A stretch of 64,000 bases of DNA from Geosiphon pyriformis uo1 (GCA_016748015.1 JAAOMT010000379.1:71966-135965); one strand, 5' to 3'; positions 39,340-51,485 are shown, numbered from the stretch's first letter. Numbers and translations: made by a program. The notes: generated from the letters alone by a model not told the origin.

Positions 39340-39922
39340 CGAGGTAATAAAAAATACTTATCTTTAATTTAGGGAGGCTTAACCTCGTTGCTCCGCAACC
39401 CCGAAATCTCTCACGATTCTTGCTCTAACACGCGTGTCCATAGAGTAAAATCCATGGTTCGTAGTTACGCGCGTCTGATCGCATATATTCTATAAACGAT
39501 AATTGCCTCGACTAAAGTCGAGTTTTTCGCACGTGTTATATATGCTAATTTATCCGCTTCACGGAATCGGAGATAAGTCAGCGACTCGCGAAACCTTTGA
39601 TTTCCTCTCCTTATACCAATTTATTTTTGTATATGTCCCTTCGAGTAAATAAAATACTGCTAAACCCGAGTTTCTGTGAAACAGATCTCATGTGCTACAG
39701 ATATTGTGAATAGTGCCGATTCGGACTTGCCAATCATAAGCTAGCTAGTAGACTGCTGATTGTTTTAGCTCGTGACTCATGCATTTTCTTTGTGAAGTTT
39801 TTTTTTCCCAAATCTACTATTCCCATACTTGGACGAGACAGAGAAAAACGTTTTAAAATAACAGTATATCTACATTATGTTTATTTATTGCTCTCTACTC
39901 AAAAACTTTTACAACTGAAAAT

Positions 39923-42045
39923 ATGTCGACTATTGTATTTAACAAAATTTTTGACTTTATGAGAGATGAACCAGTGAAGCATGTCACAGCAGGGTCAGTA
40001 ATTTATATAGGCACAGAAGACGATCAAACAATATCAAAAGATGAACTCTTAAAGCTGACAATTGATGCAATTCGGTCCATGAAAAACATTGCTGGTGAAG
40101 ATTCTGAACGCTTTAGAAAGATTTCTAATATTCCTTTAGAGGTTAGTTATTCTCTTTTTTAGACATTTTTTATACATTATGATGACAACGCAGATATCAC
40201 TTGACAAAGTCAAAATAAATACCCGAGCCTACAAGTACATCAAGTTGCGACTTTCGAACGTAGTGAAAGGTGTTTCGACTCCGTGGAGTAATATTTAGAT
40301 AAGTTAGAGTCCTTGTGGCGGCCGAACAAGGATGACAACTTTAGGATATTTCTGATTGTGCGTGCAAATGGAGGGAGATAATATATACATTATCAAGTTA
40401 TACTAACAAAATATTATTCTGCATCAGTTTGAATGCGCCTATGAAACCATCTGTAGTCTACGTGATATCAAGGCGTTAAAAATGGTATGACAGATTACTT
40501 TTTGTAACAATAATATCTATGAATTTAAACTAATATGTATATATATATAAAGAGTAAACAAGTTCTTGATAATGATACGATAAAGAAAAATAGAAGATAT
40601 TTACAAGGGAGACTTTCAAGTGATTCTTCTTCCCTTTCTGTGGAACTCTATGAAAACATGAAAAATATTTCCATTACAAATCTAACCTGGAAAGATCCTC
40701 TAGCTAGTCGAATTATAAGTGATGATTCCATCATTGTAGAAAATTTGTCACCTAAACAGCATCAAGAGTTTTTGGTAAGAATAACTTCGTTTTTCTCTGT
40801 TGTAATTAAAATTTTAATTAAATTGATCTTTCAACAGAAACCAGCACATAATATGGTCGTCACACTCCCAAACTCGGTCCAAGATAAATGCCATGAGTTC
40901 GTATTAAGGTTTTCAGAAAAATATACTAAAGATTTATGTATAAAACTTGTGCATAATGAGAAATGGAAAGAGTCAGACGAAATTCTTATGGGGGTTACAG
41001 ATAATATTCTTGATGTATTGTAAGTAGTTTTCAAAACGGATAAAGTTATAGAATCCTTGAATTGATAATTTTATATTATTGATTATCAGGGATGATGTTT
41101 GGATGAATCCAGCATTTGGACCAGAACTTATGAAAACACAAAGTGAAGAAACATACATAACAAACATAATAATTCCTTTGATTCGAGCATCATTGAAAGG
41201 GCTTCCATATAGGCAATTTGGATTTATAAGCACGTAAGTTGTTTATTATAAGTGATAATATATTTATCACCACCAAATTCACATTTTTAGAAAATTACTA
41301 TAGTGCGGAGCGACAAAGCATTGCCAGTGCAGATAGGAAAGAGGATGGATATTTCAGAAAACGACCAGATTTTATGTACTTACAAAAACAGGAAGGCAGG
41401 ATATTTGAGCTGGTATTTGGTGAATGCTCACGTTTATTATGTAGTGATACCAAAAAAAAGGAAGATGAAATTAAATTGTGGAGGGAATTGAATGATGGAC
41501 TTTTTTGGGTACGACAAGGGTGTAAACTAGAAAATGATCAATTTGGTGTTGTAGGAATTCAGGTAGCAGGTAAAGTCTTGGTATTGTAAGATTATTTCAG
41601 AATTTTTCATTGTTTGTCAATTTAATAACAAAATATGATATTATAGGGACTGAGATCCAATTGAATGTACTTATCAAAGACAATCTCGATATACACCGAT
41701 ATTATCATCTGAAAAAAACCCAAATTCCAATACAGTGGTCTAAACAAGCTTTATCAACCTTACCTGAATTTGTTGAACTATTGTTGAATTTACGGGTATT
41801 TATTCTAATACATCAAATTTTATTTATATGTACAACAAAAGTAATTTTATTTTATATAGAATATCCTGGTCGTTAATTTATCTCTGTTAATGCAAGTACC
41901 TATAAGTAAAACGCATCGTGTCGAAAAAAGTATCACCATATCATCACTTAGAAAAGAAATACCTGACGAACAAAACAAAAAGAGACAGAGAAGATCCAAG
42001 AAAACATTAGGATCTATTAAGCATAGAAAAACTGCATATTTTTAG
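39923..42045 (+). CDS. Multi-exon gene with C-terminal PD-(D/E)xK-like nuclease domain (Crinkler/REase-like); possibly disrupted
   Basis: Several short GT-AG introns; KRPDFMY..FELVFGECS..KLWRELNDG..GIQVAG; last exon ends at TAG 42043-42045; an apparent lesion near 40290. Confidence 0.65.
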
Positions 42046-42384
42046 AATATAAATACTATAAATGATTGCTTTGTATTTCTATTTGTAATAATAAGAACTT
42101 GGTTATTTTAGGTGTAATCACGTTGGTTATTTTTTTTCCAGATAATATGGAGTGCAGTCTGATTTATCAGCCACATGATCTAGTCTAAAGTCGTGCAACC
42201 CAAAATAGATTTATATAGATATATCTCGAAATAGATTTTACAAGTGTCTTTTATAATTGAAAGCATAATATCAAGCTCTACTCATCCAATTTAAAAGATG
42301 TATTCTATGAGTTGGAGATTCGCTCTTTATGGAAAGCACAAAGTGATATTGTTCTACAATCTTCAAGTTTCATCATAATAGAAT

Positions 42385-43038
42385 CTAACTATCAAGCTTT
42401 AATGGCTGGTTCTAACCTTTGCAAAAATAAAAAGGGTCCTCTTTTGGTCTAGTCAACAAATTGTCAGCTTTGCAAATTTGTATAATATAACTCAGATTCT
42501 TTTTTATTAATTTTGGACAGTTGAAAAAACTTTGTGTTACATAGATTGAACTAATGTTAAAGTAATGTCTCTTAGTAAAGTAAGGGACAATTTTCTCTTG
42601 TATTTTTTTAGGCTCAGTACATAGACTTTCAAATATAATCACTGTCCCTCTTTCGGAAGAAAACTCATCAATTTTTGGTATTTTTTCAGACTTCATTGAT
42701 CAGAATGTAATATTTTCTTGATATTACTTTGGACTATTTAAAATTATTCAGTAACAATCCTTTAGGTATCTATATTTCAGCTCCTTAAGATAATGTCCAA
42801 TCAAAACCAGATTATCATTTTTAATATAGTATATTCCACCTTTTTTCCTATTAAATATTCGATACATCTTGTTTCCAAGTAAAAGACTAATAACTTCATT
42901 AGTTTTCCCCAATCTAGTTTGCCCTGAAACCACCATAGTAAATGACCATTGGCATGTTAAATTTAATCCATTAAACTTCTCTAAATGTTTGTATTTATCT
43001 ACATTCAAAACTATTTTCTCAACTCGATCAAGCTTCAT
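42385..43038 (-). pseudogene. A32/FtsK-HerA-type viral DNA packaging ATPase (degenerate, intron-less)
   Basis: Walker [12 protein letters not shown] (GQTGSGKT after transition reversal); Walker B VIIFESL; [20 protein letters not shown], which becomes YFTxGRHxNISxIYVTQ after reversal (A32 arginine-finger/Gln motif). Confidence 0.85.
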
Positions 43039-43149
43039 TTTAATAAAGATAAGTACTAAATATTAGATCAAAAATTAAAGATCTTTATTGCTATATATAT
43101 ACCGAATTTTTTATTTGCAGAGCAAAGACACTTATGTGCCCTTTGATAA

Positions 43150-43440
43150 ATTATCATTTCGCAAGTAACTTTTCTCTCGCAATATATGCAGAATATAGGA
43201 GAAGGGTCTGCTGTATGTGGAATCTCAATGAGATCTATATCTTTTCACTTACATATATCCCGTTTTTTTTGTCTTGCAGTTGCTGATTTGTCAAATTACT
43301 TTTACCATCAGTTTAGTAGTATAAATAATAAACACTATAATATTGAGATTCTTGGTATTCCTATGCCAATTTTAGCTTTTTATCATATCTATCAGATCAA
43401 AGCCCATCTAAAAATTTAGCCTTATGAGAAAATTGTGTCT
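43150..43440 (-). pseudogene. Vsr/DUF559-like endonuclease of the type common in NCLDVs
   Basis: Manual translation FLDGL*SDRYDKKLKLA*EYQESQYY...QQLQDKKKRDICK*KDIDLIEIPHTAD, cf. LELDGY..LxLAxEYQGxQHY..QxRDxxKxxxCxxxGIxLIEIP. Absent from the ORF track. Confidence 0.75.
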
Positions 43441-43754
43441 GAAATTTTACATAATGTGTTCAGAATTTTATGAAGTCATATGTAATAATCAGGAGCATAT
43501 TAAAAATCTCATCTCGTATATGTCAAGACTGCATAGAAAACCATTTGGAATTCATTAGGAATTATGAGTCTACATATATAATACAGAATTTTTAAATGCA
43601 CATTGAACTCCATACTTTAAATTCAGATGTGTTGTATTTCTCATATAAATTTTATATGTTTCAATGTGATGCATTCAAAAATTCATATCGAATTCTTAGA
43701 TAACTTATAATGGCATATTATGTATATGAAATCTCTTAGTACAAATTCACTAGT

Positions 43755-45810
43755 TGTAATAATGCTACTATTTGGATATTACAAAAAGAAAAAAGTGCTA
43801 AGCCATAGAATAGTACTATGATAAGTTGTATAAAAAAAAAGCTTTCTTTTGAAGAAAATATATTTTAACTAGAATTATTTTTCTTAGTATCAATTTCAAT
43901 TCAGAAAATTGTTACAAATCTATTCAAATAAAAATTCACTTTAAAAATTCAAAATTCTTAATTATTACTCTTTCAAAATTACCAATAATTAAAACTAACA
44001 TTTTAAAATTGATTAGCTACTAATTTCAGTAACTGTTAGTACTTCCAGGCTTGAATTAGAAATGACTTCTTGGAATGTAATTTTATTACTTTTTTTCTTT
44101 AAATTTTCTTTAATTCTTTTATATTATTAGATAGTTTACAGTTGAGATTTTCTGTAGAAAAGTTGACTTTTACAGCAAAATAACTACATATTATTGAGGA
44201 GCTTACAGCTTAAAAATTCTTGTAAAAGAGTTAATCTTTACTGCAAAGTAACTACATTAGTAATTCACATGAAATTTGGCCATTCCATTATAAGTCTAAC
44301 AACAAACATAGTCCAAAGTATCTTTTTATACTTTGGAAGATAAATTAGCTTATTGAAGATTTACCAGCTTCTATTAATAACAGAATTAACAGTAAAACAA
44401 CATTGATAACATTAAAAAAAAAAGATAAAAAACTTTTAATAACATTAAGTGCTTTTTTAAGAACAATACAACAACAATTAAATTAAATTGAAGATCATAT
44501 TTGACATAAAAATTCTAGAATATTATCAGTCAATTTACATCTGCTGCAAACAAAAATTTGGAATACAATATAGAATCAAAGTTGTTAAGAAAATGCTTTT
44601 TTAATACATAAAAAATTGAGTCAATAATTATTTCTTTAAAAATTACAATATTACAAAAGTTAAATAAAATCTTTTTAAAAACTTACTTTTACTATTTAAA
44701 TGTAAAATCAGAAGTCATTAGTGCAAATATTTGCATTATTTATTTCCAAAAACTTCATATTTAGTTAAACAACTTTTAACATATCAAAAAGCATTGCTAA
44801 ATACTTATTAATATTATGAATTAACAATCAACAACTCTGCTATTTTTACACACAAATTAGCTATCTTACTATATTTAAAGACCAAAATTTTTATTAAACT
44901 GCATTTTTGCAATAAAATTGCAGTTTAAACACAAAGCCTTTTTCACAATATTAAAATTTTATTAGCCAAAATAGCTCAAAACAATAACTTATCTAATATT
45001 TTTCAATTTAAAACCGATAAATCACCATTTTTGTTAAATAATATAACTATTTTTGAACAAAAAACAATTACTATAATGTACCCTAAAGTTAAAATTAAAA
45101 GAAAATTAATTTGGTTAATCTTAAATATTAAATTTACTAAAAGTATTATTATTTATCAGTTAATACAAAACTCAAACAAGATGTTAATAAACCAATTCAA
45201 ACAGTAATTATTATTGCTAATAGTATAAAAAAAATACTAATCTAAAAAAGTCGAATACATTGAGTAAATCTTAGAATTTGCTAGATTAAGTTACAAAAAT
45301 AAAGTTGAATTATACTATATAATATTTAATTATTGTTACTTACTAAAAAAAACCCAAATTCAATATTTAAAACAAATAAACATTCAATTATGTGAAAAAT
45401 ACATTATGTTTACAATAACCAGTAATGTTTAAAATACTATATTATTAGCATACCATTACTTACTAAAGAAAATAAATATAAAATTGAATTTAAAAAATTA
45501 AAATTAGAAAAAAAAATCTCAATAATGTTAATTTATCTTATCAAAAGCTTATTTGCATTACAACTCAAGTATTTTAACAACAATAAGCAAAAAATTAAAC
45601 CAGAAAAAGCCCACAAAATAGATGCTAAATATGATTTACGATATTTAGAAAAAGATATCTTGGTTTTACAACCAAAATTATTAACAAAATTAATTTTAAA
45701 ATTGTTTTAAAATCTCACTAGGAGCAATAGTGCAAATTATTTTTCAATCATTATTGACAAGCAAAATTAATATGAGAAAAATAATTATAGATATTAAATA
45801 TACAGAAAAA
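43755..45810 (+). mobile_element. Heavily decayed, internally deleted relative of the dUTPase Gypsy
   Basis: 43770-44444 matches the reverse complement of the LTR, ending ...aataaca followed by the degenerate PBS ttaagtgc; protease remnant LILNIKFTKSII (~45110); dUTPase start LQLKYFNNNKQKIKPEKAHKIDAKYDL (45555-45640). Confidence 0.85.
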
Positions 45811-47789
45811 CTTAAAAATTTAAATTAACTAAATAATTTACAATTCTAATAAATATAGTTTTTATTATACTATATGATTTTGGAAAAGTTTATATTAGAA
45901 TTTTTTAATCATTTTTCTGATTTTATAAAGATGTAAATAATAATTCATCTTTAAATATAGTTTTGGCTAACCAATAAGTTTTTTGCCAATCTTAAAAAAG
46001 ATTGGTTTAGAAAGCAAAATAATAAATAATAAATAATAAATAATAATTATTTTTTAAAATTAAGAAACTGATTTAATGGTCTTTCTAGCAATAATTTTAA
46101 TGTTTACATTGAACTTGGAATACATTTAGTTATTATAATAAATCAAACCATTAATTTTTAAATTTATATAAATTTTTAATTTCTAAATCACCAAAATTCA
46201 AGAAATCACTAAAGTTTACATTTTTGGTTAAAATTCTCTAATTTTTTAAGTAAACTTAAAAATATTTAACTTGAACAATGTTAAGAAACAAAATTATAAG
46301 TTTTTTGTTTAAGAGCTTTTTGTTAGTAGCAGTAGTAGTGAAAAAACGGCAAAAAAAAGCCAAAAACCAGTTTTATTAAATATTTTAAATAAGTATAGAA
46401 AGCCAAAGAATGCTAAAAATGCTCAAAATTTTGGTAATAACAAGAAAAAAATTGCAACATTGAACAGTAAAGCAATGTTTAATAAAGGGTATTAAAAAAA
46501 AGCAGATTGGAAAAGCAGATTATAAATGACATGTTGACACAACTGGCAAAAGTAAAAAATTTGAAATACTTGTTGAAAACTTAACAAAAAATTAGGAAAA
46601 AGAATTTTATTAATCAAGATACAAAACTTAAAAAAATAATATATATTTTTGTAAATAGCTATATTCTTATTGCTGTCTCTTATTCAAAAGTGCTTATTCA
46701 ATGTTAGTGTTAGAAATTTTTTACTTTAAATATTAATTTTATATTGCTATTGCAAGTTTGGCCAAAGAAAATATTTTAATTGTAATTAATACTATTAAAT
46801 CTGTGCAAATATGTTTATATTGAACTTTATAAAGGTATTTTCTTTCATCTAATAAATAATATTTCCTTTCTACCTAATTTTGATTATGTGGTAAAGTTTT
46901 TCTCAAATGTAAATCACAATAATCAGTTTTTTTTTTATATTCTTTTTTCCTTGAACTAATGTTGTTTAACTATAAATAATCTAAGTTGTTTTAGTACTCA
47001 AAGACATCAAATAAATTTTCTATTGTCTTTTTGCTTAAACAAATAGTTCTAACAGATCTGTAAATAAAAGCTTAACCACTGTTACTTAAATACAATAAAC
47101 TAATTCAAAAACATAATACCCAAAGAAACATCATGAATTTACAATTAATTAGCATTTATCAAATAACCTATTAATTTAGATATAAAGATTTCAAATAAAA
47201 ATTAATATAAAGACCAGAGGCAAAATTTATTTTTTTAAAGCACAAATTAGAAAAGTTTTATATATATATTTTAATATGCAAATTAATAATGAAGTGTATA
47301 AGAGTTTCATATTTAAAAAATAGTATTCTAGGTTTTTAAGAGTTTTTGAAAATAATAAGTTGACCAGTTTGAAACTTGTAAATTTTTTTAATTATATATT
47401 AAAAAAAATTCAATATAATAGCCAAGCTAAAAATAGAATAAAAAAAAACAAATTAATTAAAAATATGGACTTGAAATTTGTTAATAATAATAATAAAAGA
47501 AGATAATTAGAAATAGAGTATTGTTTTAGAACAATTAAGATTTATAAATTTGAAAAATCTACATATTTGGTTTCAAATATATGAAATATAGTTAATTAAT
47601 TTTTTTTTAGATACAACAGTTGGTTTAAATTTCAGATTAAAATATATTTATATAGCCATCTTAAGTCTACACAGCAATAACTTATTATTATAAAAACATT
47701 ATTTTCTATACTGTGCAATAAAAAACATAAATTAATACAATATATTTTATTATAAAATTTCAATGAGCTAATTTATTATACTTATTGAG

Positions 47790-49180
47790 ATGATTCTGCT
47801 TATAGTTTTTAATTTTATTGTAAATTTTTGAGAATCCAACTTAGGAGGAGAATATTTTTGCGGTTTCTTATTGTGCCTTTTAATATTATTCACAATTAAG
47901 TAAGTATTATCTAAAATCTCCATCATTGAAAAGAGAGCCAAATTTCCGTTTTTGTTTTATAATAGTGTCATAAATATAGAAGACAATGCTATGTTTTAAC
48001 TTAATCATTATTAGAAAATTTCTATGAACTAAATAACATGACTGAAAAGTGATTTTCTGTTCTTGCTTTACCATAACTGCCAACTTTAGTTCAGGAAATG
48101 CTAGATGCTCACCCTCAAATGTCCCAAGAAGGCAGACAATACAGAATGTATTATAATAATCTTTTAAATCTCGATGAAATTGACAGATTTTATTAAAGTT
48201 AATACTAATAGTGGAGAAAACTCCAAAAAATTTAGGAGTGTTAGGATCTAAGTTGAGTTTTTTTATTTTAGCATATAATGCCAGATATGCATTGTTAAGA
48301 TAATTGTTTACTTTATCAGAAAGTGGCTGAAGTCTTCAAATTAAATCTTGAACACATTTACCATACTCCTAGGAATGTATAAAAATAGTATTTAAAGTAA
48401 CATATAATATATTGTTATTATTAGTAAAACAACCAAAATGTTCTATTAAATCCTTGAAAAATTGATTAAATCGATGAAAAGGCTCACTAAAGTTGTGTTT
48501 ATAATATTAATTTACTGTCATTCATGCAGTTTTTATGGCCAGGTGGTTGTTAAGGTCAGAGAAATCTATCATCATTTTATCAATTGCATTTTTAAAACAC
48601 TTAGGTTTAGAAACATACTTGTAACCGTCTAGATAGATGTCATTTACAACCTTCTTAATTGTTTTATTTGCTATAAAAAGTTTATCATTTGGATAACATA
48701 GGAATAAATTCAGGATATTATAAAGTTCTATAAGATTTTTTGGGGCTTTTATATGTAGTTCATACATGTGCCTTGTTTTTTTTCATAGATGGCAGCAATA
48801 GTGTCAAAATTTTTTAGTCTTTTCAAAACCTGTCCACTGTTCAAACTTTTCTCACAGTTCTGAAAAGTTTTGATCTAAAGGGTCTTTATCATGAAAAATC
48901 TCACATTCTAACAACTCTAAATATTGAGTGAGTACTAAGAATTCTTTATTGTCATTGGAAATTAAATTGGTTGAATTTATTTTGGTAATATGTCTTTGAA
49001 ATTTATTTTTTAAAAGTTTTTTGATGAATGTAGACCTTAGATTAAAGAATGTAAATGGTTGCAATATATTGGCTGATTTAAAATCATCAGTTTTAAAGTC
49101 TTTAGAAACCCAAAATAACCAAATATAATTACGGATTTCTTTTTTTGTAAGTTTAAAAGTTTCTATTTGTGTTTTGTGCT
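47790..49180 (-). pseudogene. TET/JBP-type dioxygenase, copy 2 (C->T decayed, retains C-terminus)
   Basis: Reverse-complement homologue of 38180-39245 (similarity extends upstream, 37750 vs ~49610); adds ITFQSCYLVHRNF..KHSIVFY, i.e. the distal His and (R)xS. Confidence 0.75.
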
Positions 49181-49751
49181 AAAAAAATATATATAATAAA
49201 TATGAAAATATGTAGATATTAAAGAGGTAATAGATTTCAAGGAGTTATAAATTTCAAGAAGAATAAGAAGGATATATGCAAAAAATTTCTTATCCTATAG
49301 ATAGTTCAGAGATTTTAGAAAGTGTATTGGATCTTTTTCTCCTTACTAAAAAACAATAATAATTTGGTAATCCATTCTTGAAGGTAAAATATATAAAGTA
49401 AAACTTTGTGAGGAAAAGTTCAATCAGTTTCTAAACTTTGTCTCGAAAGACAAATGATTGCCCCTATATTTCAAGTTTAACTATCAAACAATATATACAA
49501 TGTATTTCGAACTTGCTAAAAAATACTACTATATAATTTAATTTACTTTAACCAAATCATAGAAAATTTTGACCTTCACCTTCTTGGCATGTTATTGTAA
49601 CTTTTTCCGCATGTTCTGCTTTGTTTATTACTTGATGTGTCTATTGCTTGCTTAATTCCTCCAAAATATACAATAGTTCTAATAGTAAAAAAAACATAGA
49701 ATGAAAAGTTGCTGGTGGAATAAAAGAATAAGACACTTGTTTGAATAACAT

Positions 49752-49838
49752 ATAAATTTTCTTTTGTAAGACTACTGATCAAATCACCATCATGATGTCA
49801 GATGGCAATGATCAGCAGTCTTACTAAAGAAAATTTAT
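49752..49838. repeat. 87-bp imperfect palindrome (30-bp arms, 2 mismatches)
   Basis: ataaattttcttttgtaagactactgatca / tgatcagcagtcttactaaagaaaatttat, with an inner ccatc/gatgg pair. Confidence 0.9.
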
Positions 49839-49924
49839 TGTGTTTTTGTTTTGGAATAGCAGTTTGGAAAATTATTTTATTTTATTTCTTCTAACTTTCA
49901 ATGATTGTTTAGCTCTTGTCACTT

Positions 49925-50200
49925 ATCTGATCTCAAACTTTCATAGATTTAATGTCATTGAAGACCACTCTCAATAAGCAATCATATGAAAAGGAAAAAC
50001 TTTAGCTATAAATTCTGTTTTTCTATCTGCTATGTATCACTTTACAATAAGAGATTTTTAACTTTTTTTTCTTTATATGGTAAATTTATCTAAGATGTCT
50101 CTATAGTATGTGCATTTAGGGAGATAATTGAAAAGTTGTCATCAAAAATTGAAAAAAAACTTGCTGTGAAAGTGCCTTCTATGTGTAATATTAATTCAAT
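49925..50200 (+). pseudogene. Fragment paralogous to the 57.5-59.6 kb gene, lacking the Tc1 insertion
   Basis: Matches the reverse complement of ~58540-58709 plus 59315-59415 contiguously. Confidence 0.8.
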
Positions 50201-50317
50201 ACCTAATATTTTTAAATATTGAGTTTTTATTTCTGTTATTCTATTTTTTTTCTTTTAAAAAAGCCATCTTGATGATTAGAAATATTTGGCCTGCTATTTT
50301 TTTCACTATTCTTTTTT

Positions 50318-51311
50318 TACTCATATTGTTTATGTGGTCTTCAGATGATAGATAATGTCTGAAAGTGTAAAGAAGAGATGTTATGCTTGTCTTCAGACAG
50401 TGACCTTTTCAATACAGTTTTGTTTACTAGTTTACCCTTAGGTGATCAGTCAGCAGAAGTGCAAGTGGAAAAATCTCACTTACCTTCAAGTGGTAAACTT
50501 TCTACTTGTAAAGATAAGCTGCCAAGTTTTGTGTAGTTCTCAGACAGCAAACTGGTGGCAATTTTTTCTCTACCCACATTGTCCATGCAGTTTTCAGACA
50601 GTAGATAATGTCTGGAAGTATGAAGAAAAAATGTCATGCTTGTCCTCAGACAGTGACTTTTTCAACACAATTTTGTTTACTGGTTTACTCTCAGGTGATT
50701 AGTTGGCAGAAGTACAAATAGAAAAATCTTACTTATTCTCAGGTGGTAAACTTTCTACTTGTAAAAATAAGCCACCAAGTTTTGTGTAGTCCTCAAACAG
50801 CAAACTGATGGCAAGTTTTTTTCTATTTTTGTTTTACTCACATTGTTCATGCAGTCCTCAGATGGTAGATAATGCCTGGAAGTGTGAAGAAGAGATGTCA
50901 TTCTTGTTCTCAGACAGTGATCTTTTCAACACAATCTTGTTTACTGGTTTATGCTTAGGTGATCAGTTGCAGAAGTACAAATAAAAAGATCTCACTTACC
51001 CTCAGATGGTAAACTTTTTACTTGTAAAGATAAGTCACCAAGATTTGTGTGGTCCTTAGACAGCAAACTAGTGAAGACTGATAATAGTTGGTATTTTTTG
51101 GTCCAACTAAATCCAGATTTAATTTCTCAATTTGTATTTTTTTGCATTGTATTACTTACTACTTATTAAGTTAACATTATACTCTCAAGATTCAACTAAA
51201 TCAATTTGTGATTACGCCTAATCTAATAAAAGCTTTCTGTAACAGTTATCTTATGTGGTTGAAGGTACAGTATTATTAGAATTTTTAATTAATACATAAA
51301 ACCCAAAACTC
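50318..51311 (+). repeat. Tandem array copy 1: three ~255-bp units plus a ~240-bp unique end module
   Basis: Anchor ccaag(t/a)tttgtgt at ~50522, 50776 and 51038; end module finishes ...atacataaaacccaaaact. Confidence 0.9.
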
Positions 51312-51485
51312 GGTTTTTAAAAATTTCAACAATAGAACTCGAAAACTAAGTTTTTATGTAAAAACCTTATTCAATTATTTGATACTCTGCCAACTCATGC
51401 TGACCAGTTTCTGGATATTATTAATATCTCTTTTTGCAAAACTTTCTGTGTATTTATACTAGGACTTAGGAAAAATATGACCTTG

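Noticed and set aside
45900-46900. Possible further LINE remnant on the minus strand
   Set aside because: Compositionally suggestive, but no diagnostic motif could be recovered.
37730-49610. The two inverted TET copies as terminal inverted repeats of one element
   Set aside because: Very different decay levels and independent indels favour separate insertions; the outer end of copy 1 is in a gap, so this is not fully excluded.
50318-51070. Hammerhead ribozyme/retrozyme units
   Set aside because: No CUGANGA plus GAAA core with flanking stems found by eye on either strand; a covariance-model search would be needed to exclude it fully.
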